Origin: Rozella allomycis CSF55
Taxonomy: Eukaryota
Reading direction: 5' to 3'
NCBI GenBank assembly: GCA_000442015.1
Contig: KE561158.1
Location: 1-64,000 of the forward strand
DNA: 64,000 bases
Shown: positions 24,349 to 35,748 of the stretch, piece by piece
Numbering within the stretch: the first letter of the stretch is position 1
Layout: each line of letters starts with the position of its first letter
The notes under the pieces: model-generated
Told to the model about the DNA's origin: nothing
What the model saw: only the letters and a program-made list of their open reading frames with translations
Databases searched by the model: none
Translations under genes and position numbers: made by a program

Positions 24349-25860
24349 TCAACATTTTAAGTTTTTGATAGAATCCAATAATAATGACAGGTCTGTTTGG
24401 ATTGTGTTCGCGTGTTGTAAGATCTTTTCCTTTGTATCAAGGACATCGATAGTTTGTGTGTACGGATTATACCTAACAGTGAACCCTCTTTCTAGTGTAT
24501 GGGAAAAGTTTCTGACTTTCTCTTGAGCGTCTTTAAAGCTTTCGGCAACAAAGTAAACTGGTTGATACTCTGTGATTGGATATTTCTGTACGCAAGTTTT
24601 GGCAGGATCGAATATTCTTTTCTCTGGTTTTGAAGTTAGACAGTACTATGTTGAAGAAAGACTCGAGTTCTTTACTTCCAATTCGCCAAATGATGAGAGT
24701 ATTCCAGCCCCGTATGCACGGTACGAGTCGCCCTCTTTGCAAAGGCCGAATTCTACTGTAAACCAGTATATCTAGCGATGAATAAAAAAATTTCATACTG
24801 TGGCCAATTTTTCAATATCTTCGTCAGATGCTCCCAATGAGCATAATCCAATTTCCTGTGAAAATGAGGCAAAGTTTGGATCAGCAAATAAAGGAACATG
24901 CCCTAATAATTCATGGCATACATCTGGTTCAGGCGTATAGAATGGCTGCGAATGATGTCTAATGTACTGAGTAGAGTGAAATACTCGGAAAGCAAGGCCA
25001 TTTAAGAAATCACGAGAACTTAATAGACCTGTCACTGGCCTTAGAGTAAAACCAGTGCATTCTAATCAACACCAAATAGTTTGATTACCTTTTAGAAACT
25101 TGGATATATCTTCAAGCTGGGGAATATTGTCTTTTGTATAACCGCAGTTCTGAATAAGCAGTGGAAAGACATATTGATGTTCACGACATGCATGTGTTGG
25201 ATACAAGGATGTTAACTTTTCGAATACTGAATGTTGTATACATAATTCGAGTAATACCTGTTCCCCATGTTCTAATTTCATCTTGAGTGTAATCAATTCT
25301 AGGAATTGGTTGACCACTAGTCTCATCAATTATCAAGAGTTACATTTTGTAGGTTTTCGCGATCATTGTTATTTCATCTCTTCTTTTTCTATATTCAGGA
25401 TCTTTGAACCCCTTTTATGTAATATTTTGATCAGTACCGGGTGGTCAGCAGATAATTCTGCCCCATATTGTAAAGTTTTGTTTGCAAACGAATCTAAATC
25501 CGAAAGCCTTCTCGGAAACCACGGAATGACTATCTTTTTCGAAACAATGAAATGTACTATTCTCGGATTTTTCGCTCATAGAGCCAATTAGTTTTATATA
25601 TTTAACCGCGGGTTTGATGGCATTCATTATTTTATCTATATCCTTTGGATCGCATAATCTAAATTCTATTTCAAAGTCATAGTCGAACTCTGATGTTTTC
25701 TATGAAAAGCGGATAAATAAATTACCGAAGGCCTAGATTCTATCCTTGACAAAGAAACCCCGACTCGCTTTATAATACCAAGTACATTGTCTAAAGCACC
25801 TATTTTATCGGTTATTGTAAATAAAATAGAATAAAATGATGAATTGTCTGGTTGAGGCAT
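24349..25860 (-). CDS. PAH: Phenylalanine 4-hydroxylase with N-terminal ACT domain (7 introns)
   Basis: [52 protein letters not shown]. Confidence 0.95.
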
Positions 25861-25987
25861 TGATCTACAAGTTGCTAAGGCAAGGGTAATTTGAAATAGC
25901 CTTTCATTAATAATCTGTTGACATGAATTAAACAAACGGTATTTTTAAAACCTTTTTATTTATACTTAAAAGAATGACGGCTCTATT

Positions 25988-27315
25988 TTATTTTAATATG
26001 TCTTGTAAAAACGACTTTACCTTTTTGACCGGTTTCTTTTGAATAGGCTCCTAAAGGTTATTACTGAGAGGTAAAACTACCTTTGAATTTCTCTTTTCTC
26101 CTACAATGATACCAGCGCTTTGCCTTTCGATTGTTGAAGTATTGAATGATAATAATCTCCGCAACTTTGACTTGTCTTGATTCAAAAGGACTCTAGAAGC
26201 TGAGCGGTTTAGCATTTTTTTATTTCTAGTCAATTGAGAATTTGATAGATCATTGCTATTGGATTTATTTGTGTTNGTCAAACAAAATGTCTGATTTCTA
26301 CAGTTGAGTGAAAAAAGGAAGCGTTACGTGCCTCTCAAGAAACTCTCTTTTTTCAAACGCTTCCTTTTGGTAATCAATTTGAACAGATTCACTTCGATCC
26401 AAATATTGCATTGTGTCTTCTTCAACTTGTTCAGCTTCCTCTGCAAACAAATCGACATTCTCATTGACGTGGCCATTCAGAACTCTTTTCAATATTCTTT
26501 CTTGAGGATCCATGAATAAAAATTCGTCATCATCGTCATCCATTAAGAGACTCATTTCTTTGTTTCTTTCCATCATTCTTCTTGTTTCTCTTAACCCATG
26601 TTTCAACCCATGTACTAACATTGTCGTTTCCTTTTTATCTTTTTCTTTCAATAATTGCCTTGTAAATAAATAGAAACAATTTTTACTGATGATATTCAAA
26701 CGCTTTTGGATCATTTGACTTTGAATTGTCAAGGGAAACAAATTTGGCCAATTCAGGATCGTTCATTGGATCTTCATCATCATCAGATGAATCAGAATCG
26801 TTTCCATTTATTATATTTCCTTCACTGTCTTCTTCAAATGCTTCTTTCTCCAAATAAGGTTTCAATTCCATTAATTTTTTCTTTTTCAATTTCTTTAATT
26901 GTTTTTTCTTTTCTTTTAATTCATTCTCCATCAATAAATCAAATGCTGTTTTTATTTTATTTTCTTCACGTTCGTCATCTTCATTGTCTTCGCCACTCTC
27001 CTCTTGGTTTGATTCTCCTTCACTTTCATCTTCATCAAATTCTATTTCCTCTTCTTCATCATTGTAAAATATTTCCTCTTCAATTTCTTCCAATTCTTCA
27101 GGATCAATTTCTTCTTCAAACTCTTCATTATCCACAACTTCCTCATTTTCTACTTCCATAGATTCAACTTTATCCAAGTTTTTAGCTTCTTCGATGTTTT
27201 CATTTATAATATCACCCTTTTCATTTTCATCACTCTCATTTTTATTAATATGCTCTCCAGGCTCTTCTTCACGTTGCGTTTCAAATTTTCCGGAAAGGAG
27301 TGAAATGTCACTCTC
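25988..27315 (-). CDS. MRC1: Mrc1/Claspin-like protein, 3' part (5' end lost at n27316)
   Basis: Acidic tracts, YLEKEAFEEDSE, DKKETTMLVHGLKHGLRETR resembling the MRC1 domain. Confidence 0.55.
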
Positions 27316-27316
27316 N

Positions 27317-27593
27317 TTCCCTGATATGGACTTATTTTCTTCTGAAAGTAAGTCTTGTAATCTCCTTCTAGCTTTTTGCCACGCTGGTTTTCCAAGAGCC
27401 ATGAATTTATTCAATGGTGGCTGTGAAAACACGTCCTCTGAATGTTGTCGAAGAATCGGTCCATTAAATAGTGACTTTATTGCCAATAAATTACAATCCA
27501 CCACAAATTCCCCAATCGCTATCACCTACTCTAGGTTTTGGTGTACTGGCAGTAGAAAATATCCCGAAAGGTATGTTATGTATCGTAAATCCC
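27317..27593 (-). pseudogene. Processed (intronless) FAH retrocopy fragment
   Basis: Matches FAH 22445-22777 with both introns precisely absent and a +1 insertion at ~27522. Confidence 0.88.
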
Positions 27594-27744
27594 CGATTGA
27601 CCTAAGGCTTTGGTAAATTCAAAAGAGTTTTTGTTTTAGCCAATTTATCGGATGTCGGTAAAATGGAATGTGCATTGTGCGAAAAACAATATTCTCTTTG
27701 TTAGTCTCGCCTTTGCGTCTATAAAAAGCATTGTTTTCAATATG

Positions 27745-28193
27745 AATGCGAGTGAAGCGAGTGCAAACCCTAACTATGGACAATGTGGTGGGAACACGGG
27801 GCCGTATGTGCTAACTAGCGCGCTAACCCCGATACATGTTGTCATGTAACTCTATTAATGTGAGCGAATCGTCGACAACCGCTAGAAACAAAATGCTTTT
27901 CGAAAAGCGCAAATAAAGAACTGCGAGCGAAGCGAGTTCAACCGCTTATTAATTAAAAATCTCAATTTTCCGCCACAAGGAATCAAGGATTAAAACTCCA
28001 AGAGTGGTTTGTTGTTAACCACACTCACAGACCACTCGATTAATGGAGTCTGGGTCTTCTGGCAATTTGGGAAAAGCTGTTCTTTCAGATAGTCATAACC
28101 TATTTGAATTTTGGATCTGGGTCAGTGTAAGGAATATCATTATCTAAATCGATGTATAATGCGAAAGAACTAGAAGCGAGTACAACCGCTAGT
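27745..28193 (+). repeat. Four degenerate copies of AATGCGAGCGAAGCGAGTACAACCGCTAG (Helitron 3'-end-like)
   Basis: Copies at 27748, 27860, 27923 and 28161. Confidence 0.65.
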
Positions 28194-28255
28194 CAGCCCA
28201 TCCCAAGTTTTACGCTAGTCTAGATTGAGCGACACCTCTTAGATACCAATCACCG

Positions 28256-29239
28256 ATGAGTGACGAGTACGCATATCAATTTTGCAACAGGCTTGTAAAT
28301 ACTTCTCCTATTGCATGTTTTAATTCGTACGCTGTACAAATTGCAACTCTTGTTTACGGCGGAATCTTTTTCACCAACTTCATTTTTGTGGTTCGTGCTA
28401 TGATTATAACCAAAATTAATTTTAGAAAACTAACTACATTTGACTACAGTTTATTCACAGCGGCTGCTATGTACCTCTTTGGTTCAATAATGCCAATTCT
28501 AATGGCGTTTGATGTGGCAACTCCAAAGAAGCCAACCGATACTATGAAAACTGAATATTTGTTTTTCGTTGTATCAAGCGTGATATATTATCTTCTTCCT
28601 CTTTCGGGCTCCTGGCTATTTTTCAACTTGTTCGAAAAGACAAGCTTCTTGGTGACCAGCAATCGAAATGCCGCTAGATCAATTAAAATGAAGGGTGTTA
28701 TTTACATGTCATTAGTTTTTTTGCTCGATTTCGTTTTACTGCTCTTAATGTGTCAAAAGACAGATTTGCGTGAATACTTGATGCTCAGACAAGGAAGAAG
28801 GCTATGTTGTACTTTTTTGGTGACCGGATACTCCTTTACATATGTTTTGATTTTGAAAGAACTATCAAAACTAGAAAAGACTGTTCAAGAAATGTCCAAA
28901 AATGCCAACTCTCAAGTTATGCAAATATTTAAGAGAATGCTAAAGTTTGGAAAAATTAGCATGATCTCATTAATCGTGAATACCGCTACAACGTGCGTTA
29001 CTATAATTTTAGAGGTAGTCTGTCGGAACAACTTGGGAGTTCAAATAGGTTTAATTGTATACGACTGTATCTCCTTGAGTACTGGGATGCTCGCTTTGTC
29101 ATCCAAGGCGGAGACTTCAGTGATACCTAAATTATTTGAGGAAAAGGCTGTGATGGCGGAAATTGACTCCATTAGACATGCTACTTTAACTCATGCCACC
29201 GCCAGCGTAGGAGGAGCAGAATCTCAAATAAACAGATAA
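28256..29239 (+). CDS. Intronless orphan 7-TM (GPCR-like) protein
   Basis: Seven hydrophobic segments with GPCR-like spacing and a long loop between TM5 and TM6. Confidence 0.7.
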   Translation: MSDEYAYQFCNRLVNTSPIACFNSYAVQIATLVYGGIFFTNFIFVVRAMIITKINFRKLTTFDYSLFTAAAMYLFGSIMPILMAFDVATPKKPTDTMKTEYLFFVVSSVIYYLLPLSGSWLFFNLFEKTSFLVTSNRNAARSIKMKGVIYMSLVFLLDFVLLLLMCQKTDLREYLMLRQGRRLCCTFLVTGYSFTYVLILKELSKLEKTVQEMSKNANSQVMQIFKRMLKFGKISMISLIVNTATTCVTIILEVVCRNNLGVQIGLIVYDCISLSTGMLALSSKAETSVIPKLFEEKAVMAEIDSIRHATLTHATASVGGAESQINR

Positions 29240-30116
29240 CGCCTTTATCGTTTTATAAGAATACTATCGTTACTTTATTCTTCATTATCGTGTGCAGGAC
29301 GCAGTGGTAAAAAGTGGTCTACATTTGGATAGTTTAAAATTCATTGAAACTCCGATTCACGTACTGCATTAAACTTGACCTCTACCAGGTTTAAGGCAAT
29401 AGATGGCCCGTCGCTGATAAAATATCCTCTAAATCATAGGGATTTTCCAAAATCAATTGATTAAAGTCGATACTACGCTAAGAACATTAGGGATATCACT
29501 GCCTTTAATCAAATATTTTCGTGGTTATATGATGTATTACACGCAGGAGAAGAAGCACTGTCGAATACACTGCTAGCAAATAATATAATGGATAATTCTG
29601 AACAGCAATGTTGGACTATGTTTAACTAAGCCATCGTAAATGCAGATCCTCGTTGTCCCTTTCTCAGCCCCTTATTATGAAAGGCCATGGTAATGCTTCA
29701 AGTTGTTTGGATCGCGATATCTGCTCGCGAAATCGAAAGGAGAAGGGGCCAAACTGTTGGGGAAATTGAAGGGAAAGCTACATTTGTTGGTGCCTCTGCC
29801 TCAAATATCTCTGTATCGATCTATATTGCATTAAGGGTCACAACGGTTTGTTTGACATTGTGGAAGATATGACGTCGTGTTTCAGTCGCGACAGCTATAT
29901 ATATCATGTTTTTGAATTGCAATTTTTAGTGTGAGTTTCTGAAGTGGTGCGGGGGAATCATCTCCAACAACATTTTGCAGATCAAATGTTACCGTTAGGT
30001 ATATCCACCTTGCCATGCACCTCAAACGACACGAAACACGTCAATGAAACTATTACAATGTCAAAGTAAAATTGACCGTTTTAAAATTCCAACACCAAAT
30101 TTATTTAATTGAAAGT

Positions 30117-32462
30117 TTATTTTTCAATTAATTCAAAAATCAATGCCAAACATCGCTTTTTAAATTTACAGATTTCGTCAATCAATTGAATAGAATCGCT
30201 TTCTTCAAAGTCTGTTGATAAAATTCTATCATCCCAAAGGTTAAACCTTAATACTTCACCTCTTCTTTCTATAAACCTTATTAAAGAATAATTTATAATC
30301 TCTTTTCCTGCCCTACAGCAGTTATTTCCGATATCCCGATTCACACTATCATCTGTAATGAATTCCTCAATTAGGCTATTTTGATCCTTCATAAAGCAAA
30401 GCAAATCGACAAAAATCAAAAATCGAAGAAATTTGTCTTCAATAGGTTTCAATTTGAAGTATTTTAATTTGGAAATTCTTGTCAGTCTATTTAATGTCAT
30501 TGTATAATCATCATTGAGAACACATCTAATGGAATTAAAAGATTTATGTAGTAAATAGAATAAATCCTCCATTCCCTTAATTTCATTCCATATAACTTTA
30601 ACGAATGGTTTACCCATCTCTTCTAATTTAGATGTTAAAATGTTTTTCGGGTTTACAGACTCAAAAGCTTTTCCTTTAGTGTTTGAAATTAGCATAGAAT
30701 AGCATTTAAATAAAACATTTATATCAGCGGATTCAATGTCAGCGAATGGAGCTAAGAGAACAAGCCTCACTTTCATGAACATTGTTAAATACTAAAAGAC
30801 GTCGGTGGTTATTATTTACAATAGATTCTGATACACTTGATGGTATTCTCGATGGTATTCTCAATGTTGAAGCTTCAGAGTCATCCATTGCACTTTTACT
30901 TCGTCTCATTGAACCTTCTGATGTAACTCTGGTAATAAATGCACTGCTAGAGACTTTCAAAGATCCCACAATTAATTCTTCTTCTGGTTTATTATTCAGC
31001 AATTGATCCTATTCTTTTGAAGGTAACGTCTTACTAGAAGAAGTCTGGCTCTTAATTGCCGCCACGAAATGAAGCCATTCTCTTCCAGCACTTTTTTACT
31101 TGACAAAGATGAATCATTAATGTATTCAAATACACAAAGAACAGTTATGGGAATCTCTGGAATGTAATTGGAATGATTAATCAACGTTTCTAATAGTTTC
31201 TTGCGATACGCATTAGAATCACTTTCACCAGTTTCAAATTGAACAAGATTCGGCACCTTCAAATCTTTTTAATATTCAGATTTCATTTACTGTACAATGA
31301 ATCAACCACAATTTTACAACTTGACTCATTAATTATTTTAAAACATCTATTATGCACAATAATGGTTTCAGAAAGAGGAATTGAAATTTCAACGCAATCT
31401 TCAAATACCAAAAGGATTTCAAAGATCAAGAAGATATAGCCTAGATTTCCTTTCATTATTTGTGGAAGAAAATCAACGTAGACAAGACGATAAACAAGTA
31501 CCAATAGACTTTCATACAAAAGCCTCGTTTCCATTAAATCTGAAATGAAATAAAATAAATCAAGTTTTAAATTCAAAATATTTTCTATTCTATCAAGCCT
31601 ATCAAGTAGTAAAGAGTGTTCTACTCTGACACTTGGCCTCGAAAACATTCGAGATCTTCTGTACATGAGCGTTCTATAATGTTTAATAATCTTTCACATA
31701 TTGATTCCTCAAGATATCTAACAAATGGTATTTGTTCCACTTTATCATTCATACTTATTCAATACCCTTTAAGATGTTTAATATGACAGTCTTTGCTGCG
31801 CTTTGTGAAATAGAATCGGCAGTCTCCAACAATTCCAGACTCTTCTCTACAAGAATACATTTATTCTCAAATCAAAGCTTTGATGTTAATACCTTGACAT
31901 GGAAGAATGGAATAGTTTCAACATTCAGCCTTAGCGAAAATGATTTTAGAATAGCAAGCTGAAAACCAAATGCTTCCTCATCAATGCACGATAATTGAAT
32001 AATCGAATTAACAATATTGTTTGACATGAGGAAATCTATCATCCCATTACAAATTTGATACACAGGCATTCTGTATTTTGCAGATTTTCATACAAAACAT
32101 GGAAAACTTTAAGAACAAGTCCCTGATATTCACCAAAAAGCATGCACGATAACAGATCCAAATGACCCTTCTTTTCAATAAACGATCTGGTCAATTTGCA
32201 TTAATAAGCATACTCGAAAATTGTAGATCCTCTGGAATTGGGATACTCGTTTCTGTCGCTCCAAATCAAATGGTCTATAATCTTGTTGAATATTTCCTTG
32301 ATTTCACCATCATCGTACTCGTGCTCTGGATCTGATAGCTCCCTAAGCTGTAGAATTAATACACTAAATATTTTTAGAAAGTTATATATACTGGAGGCTG
32401 GAGATGGTGGGTCTGTTTTGCTTGAAATCGAAAAAATTGAAAAATGAAAATAAATTAGACAT
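30117..32462 (-). CDS. CLEC16A/TT9-like FPL-domain protein (multiple introns)
   Basis: Spliced HLIWSDRN...VLYENLQNTECLYFLMSNNIVNSII...ILKSFSLRLNVETIPFF matches the FPL domain pattern. Confidence 0.75.
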
Positions 32463-32746
32463 GGCCTGATTTTATGAGAAATTCCAGAAAATATTCATTA
32501 AATATTGCATTAAATTAAATAGATATAATAAGAAAGGGATGTCGAAGAATACGGAATTGTGTTTTCTATATTAATTACCGTAATTCGAAAAAACTCTGAA
32601 TTTGCGCAAATATAACATCTTTTCTTATTGAAATTTCTTATTTATAAAGAATCAAGATTCATTGTCAATTTATTATTGGCTTTATTTAACGTCCACACTG
32701 AAATCACGCTAAATATATCCTCTAAGCCACGTTACTAAGCGCCAAA

Positions 32747-34189
32747 ATGATCCCAATCCTGTCAAGACTCGGTATTCGAGATTATATGCGGCTCTTGATT
32801 TGCTTTGTGATTCTGTTCATAGAATCAGTGGTCAGATCATTTCTTAATCTTATTCCTTTCAATACGGGATGGAAAAGGCTATCTAGAAGAATGATGAATC
32901 CGGTTCTTAAATTTGTCAGGACAAAGAAACGAAAAATGAGTACATATCATGTTATCGAGTATAATGATCCTGATACACCGACGATGATCAAGCAAAGGTA
33001 AAATCTATAGTGGATTATCAGTCGGGGCTTTGAATGCGAGGAACATTTAGTGGTTACAGAAGATGGATACATACTTGTATTACATAGGATTGTACCGGCG
33101 GTGAAAAAGAAGGCGGGGAAGCCAGTTTTGTTTATGCATGGATTCATGGTACTATTTTCTTTTTCGAGTAATGTAGATGAATTCAGAGGTATGGGTATGT
33201 CATCCGGGCGAAAATCAATCACTGACATTTGAACTGGCATCCAGGGGGTAATGATTAGAAATATTTGTGAATAGTTATGATGTTTGGTTGGGGAATAGTA
33301 GGGGAAATAAATATAGCTGCAAACATGTGAAAATGAAACCTTGCAATGAAGACTTTTGGGATTATGCGCTTGATGAATTAGCGATCATGGACGTTCCAGC
33401 CATTGTTGATGTAAATAGATCTAAAGGATGATGAAAGTATATCTTGGATATAGTTCCGTATAATTCGCTTTCGTACGTGGGTTTTTCACAAGGAACAGCG
33501 CAATGTTTCGCCTCTTTATCTATAAATCCTCACTTGAATAAAAAGATCAATTGCTTTGTGGCGTTGGCCGCAGTCACGAGGCCTAGCGGTAATCATAATT
33601 TACGTATTTCAAAGGATTGGAGAATAAATTCGTGAAATCTTTGATCAAAATAACCCCAAAACTTGTGTTTTTACTATTTGGAAGGAAGAATTTGATTTCT
33701 TCAGTCATTTGGTGGAAGCAAATATTAGGAAGGGATTTATATTCCACATGTATCGACAAATCAATGAATATACTTTTCGGATGGAATACTAATTGTATCG
33801 CTAAAGAACATAAACCGATTCTTTATTCTCACCTGTACAGTTACGGATCAGTGAAACAAGTTGTTGTAATACACTCATTTTTCTGTAAATAGCACTGGTT
33901 TCAAATCTATCAATATCAAGAATTTCAAATGTATGATGAGAACGAAGAATTTTTTGCATCTGGTCATCAAATACCGAAATTCCCGCTTCAGAACATTGAA
34001 GTACCAATTCACCTATTTCATGGTCTTTCTGATACATTATCTGATATTGCTTACACTCTCTCTAGTTGTCCAACAAACACCAAAGTTTACTCCATAGAAA
34101 ATTATGAACATTTAGATTTTCTTTGGGCATCAGATGTCGGCAGCCAAGTCAACAAATCTGTCATCAAAATTATTGAAAAACTGCCATAG
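32747..34189 (+). CDS. Acid lipase / sterol esterase (Tgl1/Yeh-like; 6 introns)
   Basis: VTEDGYILVLHRI, YDVWLGNSRGNKYS, GFSQG nucleophile, YEHLDFLWA. Confidence 0.92.
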
Positions 34190-34295
34190 AATAAATTGAT
34201 TAAATAAAGTTTTCAACGCGCATTAGCCGTTTGCTTTCCTGCACTGAGATTATCGTTCAGGTAATCAACAAGATCTATAACTAAATCATTGAAAT

Positions 34296-35627
34296 ATGTT
34301 TTGCTTTCCTCTAATACTCAATGCATTTATGCATCACCTATTGCATTCTTTTCTTGTAAGCCACTCCATGGATTCTGAAATTCCGCCGGGATTCAAAGGG
34401 TCAAAAGCTCATCATCATCCGAAGGGTTATTTTATCAATCCTTGGCCATCCTTTAAAAATGTTGCATCTTTCTGGTCTGGCTTCAAATTGCTTCGGCAAA
34501 TGGACTTTAAGAGGTCAAAGCCTCCACCAGAGCATGAATGCGTAAATTTGAGTTATTTCCAAAAAATAAGGAAGCCAAAGTTTGCCCTGTGAATTTTGAA
34601 ATACTCAAGAAGAAAATTGACAACGACAATGAGGCAAGGTTGACTTGGTTGGGCCATGCATCATTTTTACTTCAAATTAAAGAAGCGAATATCTTATTTG
34701 ATCCAATATTTTCAGACAGGTAATCTATCAAATCTGGATTTATAAGATGCTCTCTGTCACAGTATGTAGGTCCAAAGCGATACACTAAACCTCCTTGCAA
34801 AATTGAAGATATATCAGATATAGCAGATATCGTTGTCATAAGTCACAATCAGTAATTTTTTGCATGTCTGAACATTTAAAGTTACGACCACATGGATCTT
34901 AATACATTGAAAGCTCTAAGGCCAGACACAACATATTTTGTACCCCTCGGAAACAAATCTTGGATTATCAATAACGTTTCCAAACAAGCCATGGTTAATG
35001 AATGTGATTGGTGGTAAAAGACAATGAGAAGCTTGAAAGGGACGAACATGAAATTAAACCAAACTTGAAAGTAATATGCACCCCATGTCAGCATTTCACC
35101 GGAAGGGGCATACATGATAGATTTTGGACACTTTGGGCAAGTTGGTGCATTGTGAAACCAACATTCAAGTATTACTTTGCCGGGTACAAAAATTGATCTC
35201 ATTCAATAATTGTAGAGACGCAGGTTATCGTTCTGTACCAGAAGATATACCAGATAACTTTGATATCAATAAATTAGACTACTGCCCGGTATTTAAAGAA
35301 ATTGGAAAGCAAATCGGTCCTTTTGACTTGGCGTGCATTCCAATTGGTGCATATTCACCAAGATGGTTTATGTCCCCAGTACATTGTGCGCCCGAAGTAG
35401 GTTAATCCATTTCAAGCTTTTACTAGGATTCTGTTTGTCTACATCAGGACATCAAATCAAAGAAGAGCATCGGAATGCATTACGGGACATTTGTGCTCAC
35501 AGACGAGCCTGTAGAAGAACCACCTGTGAGATTAAAATCATCTATGGTTGAAAAAGGACTCGATCCAAAAGAGTTTGAATGCATTAAGATCGGTGAAACA
35601 ATAACTGTTTTTCAATCCAAGGAATAA
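34296..35627 (+). CDS. NAPEPLD: NAPE-specific phospholipase D (metallo-beta-lactamase fold; 6 introns)
   Basis: [54 protein letters not shown]. Confidence 0.92.
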
Positions 35628-35748
35628 AATTGGTTACATTCACTTTTCGGATTATTAATGTGCTCAATTCAATTTCAAGTGGAATATAAATAATTATTTG
35701 GCACATTTAGTCACAGACTCGCAGGCTAAAGAAATTTCCGATCCAAGG

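Noticed and set aside
26683-27525. ORF that looks like an FAH-Mrc1 fusion
   Set aside because: It reads across the 'n' join at 27316 and fuses a pseudogene to another contig
27745-28193. Repeat-spacer pattern read as a CRISPR array
   Set aside because: Repeats are degenerate, spacers range from ~37 to >200 nt, no cas genes, eukaryotic context
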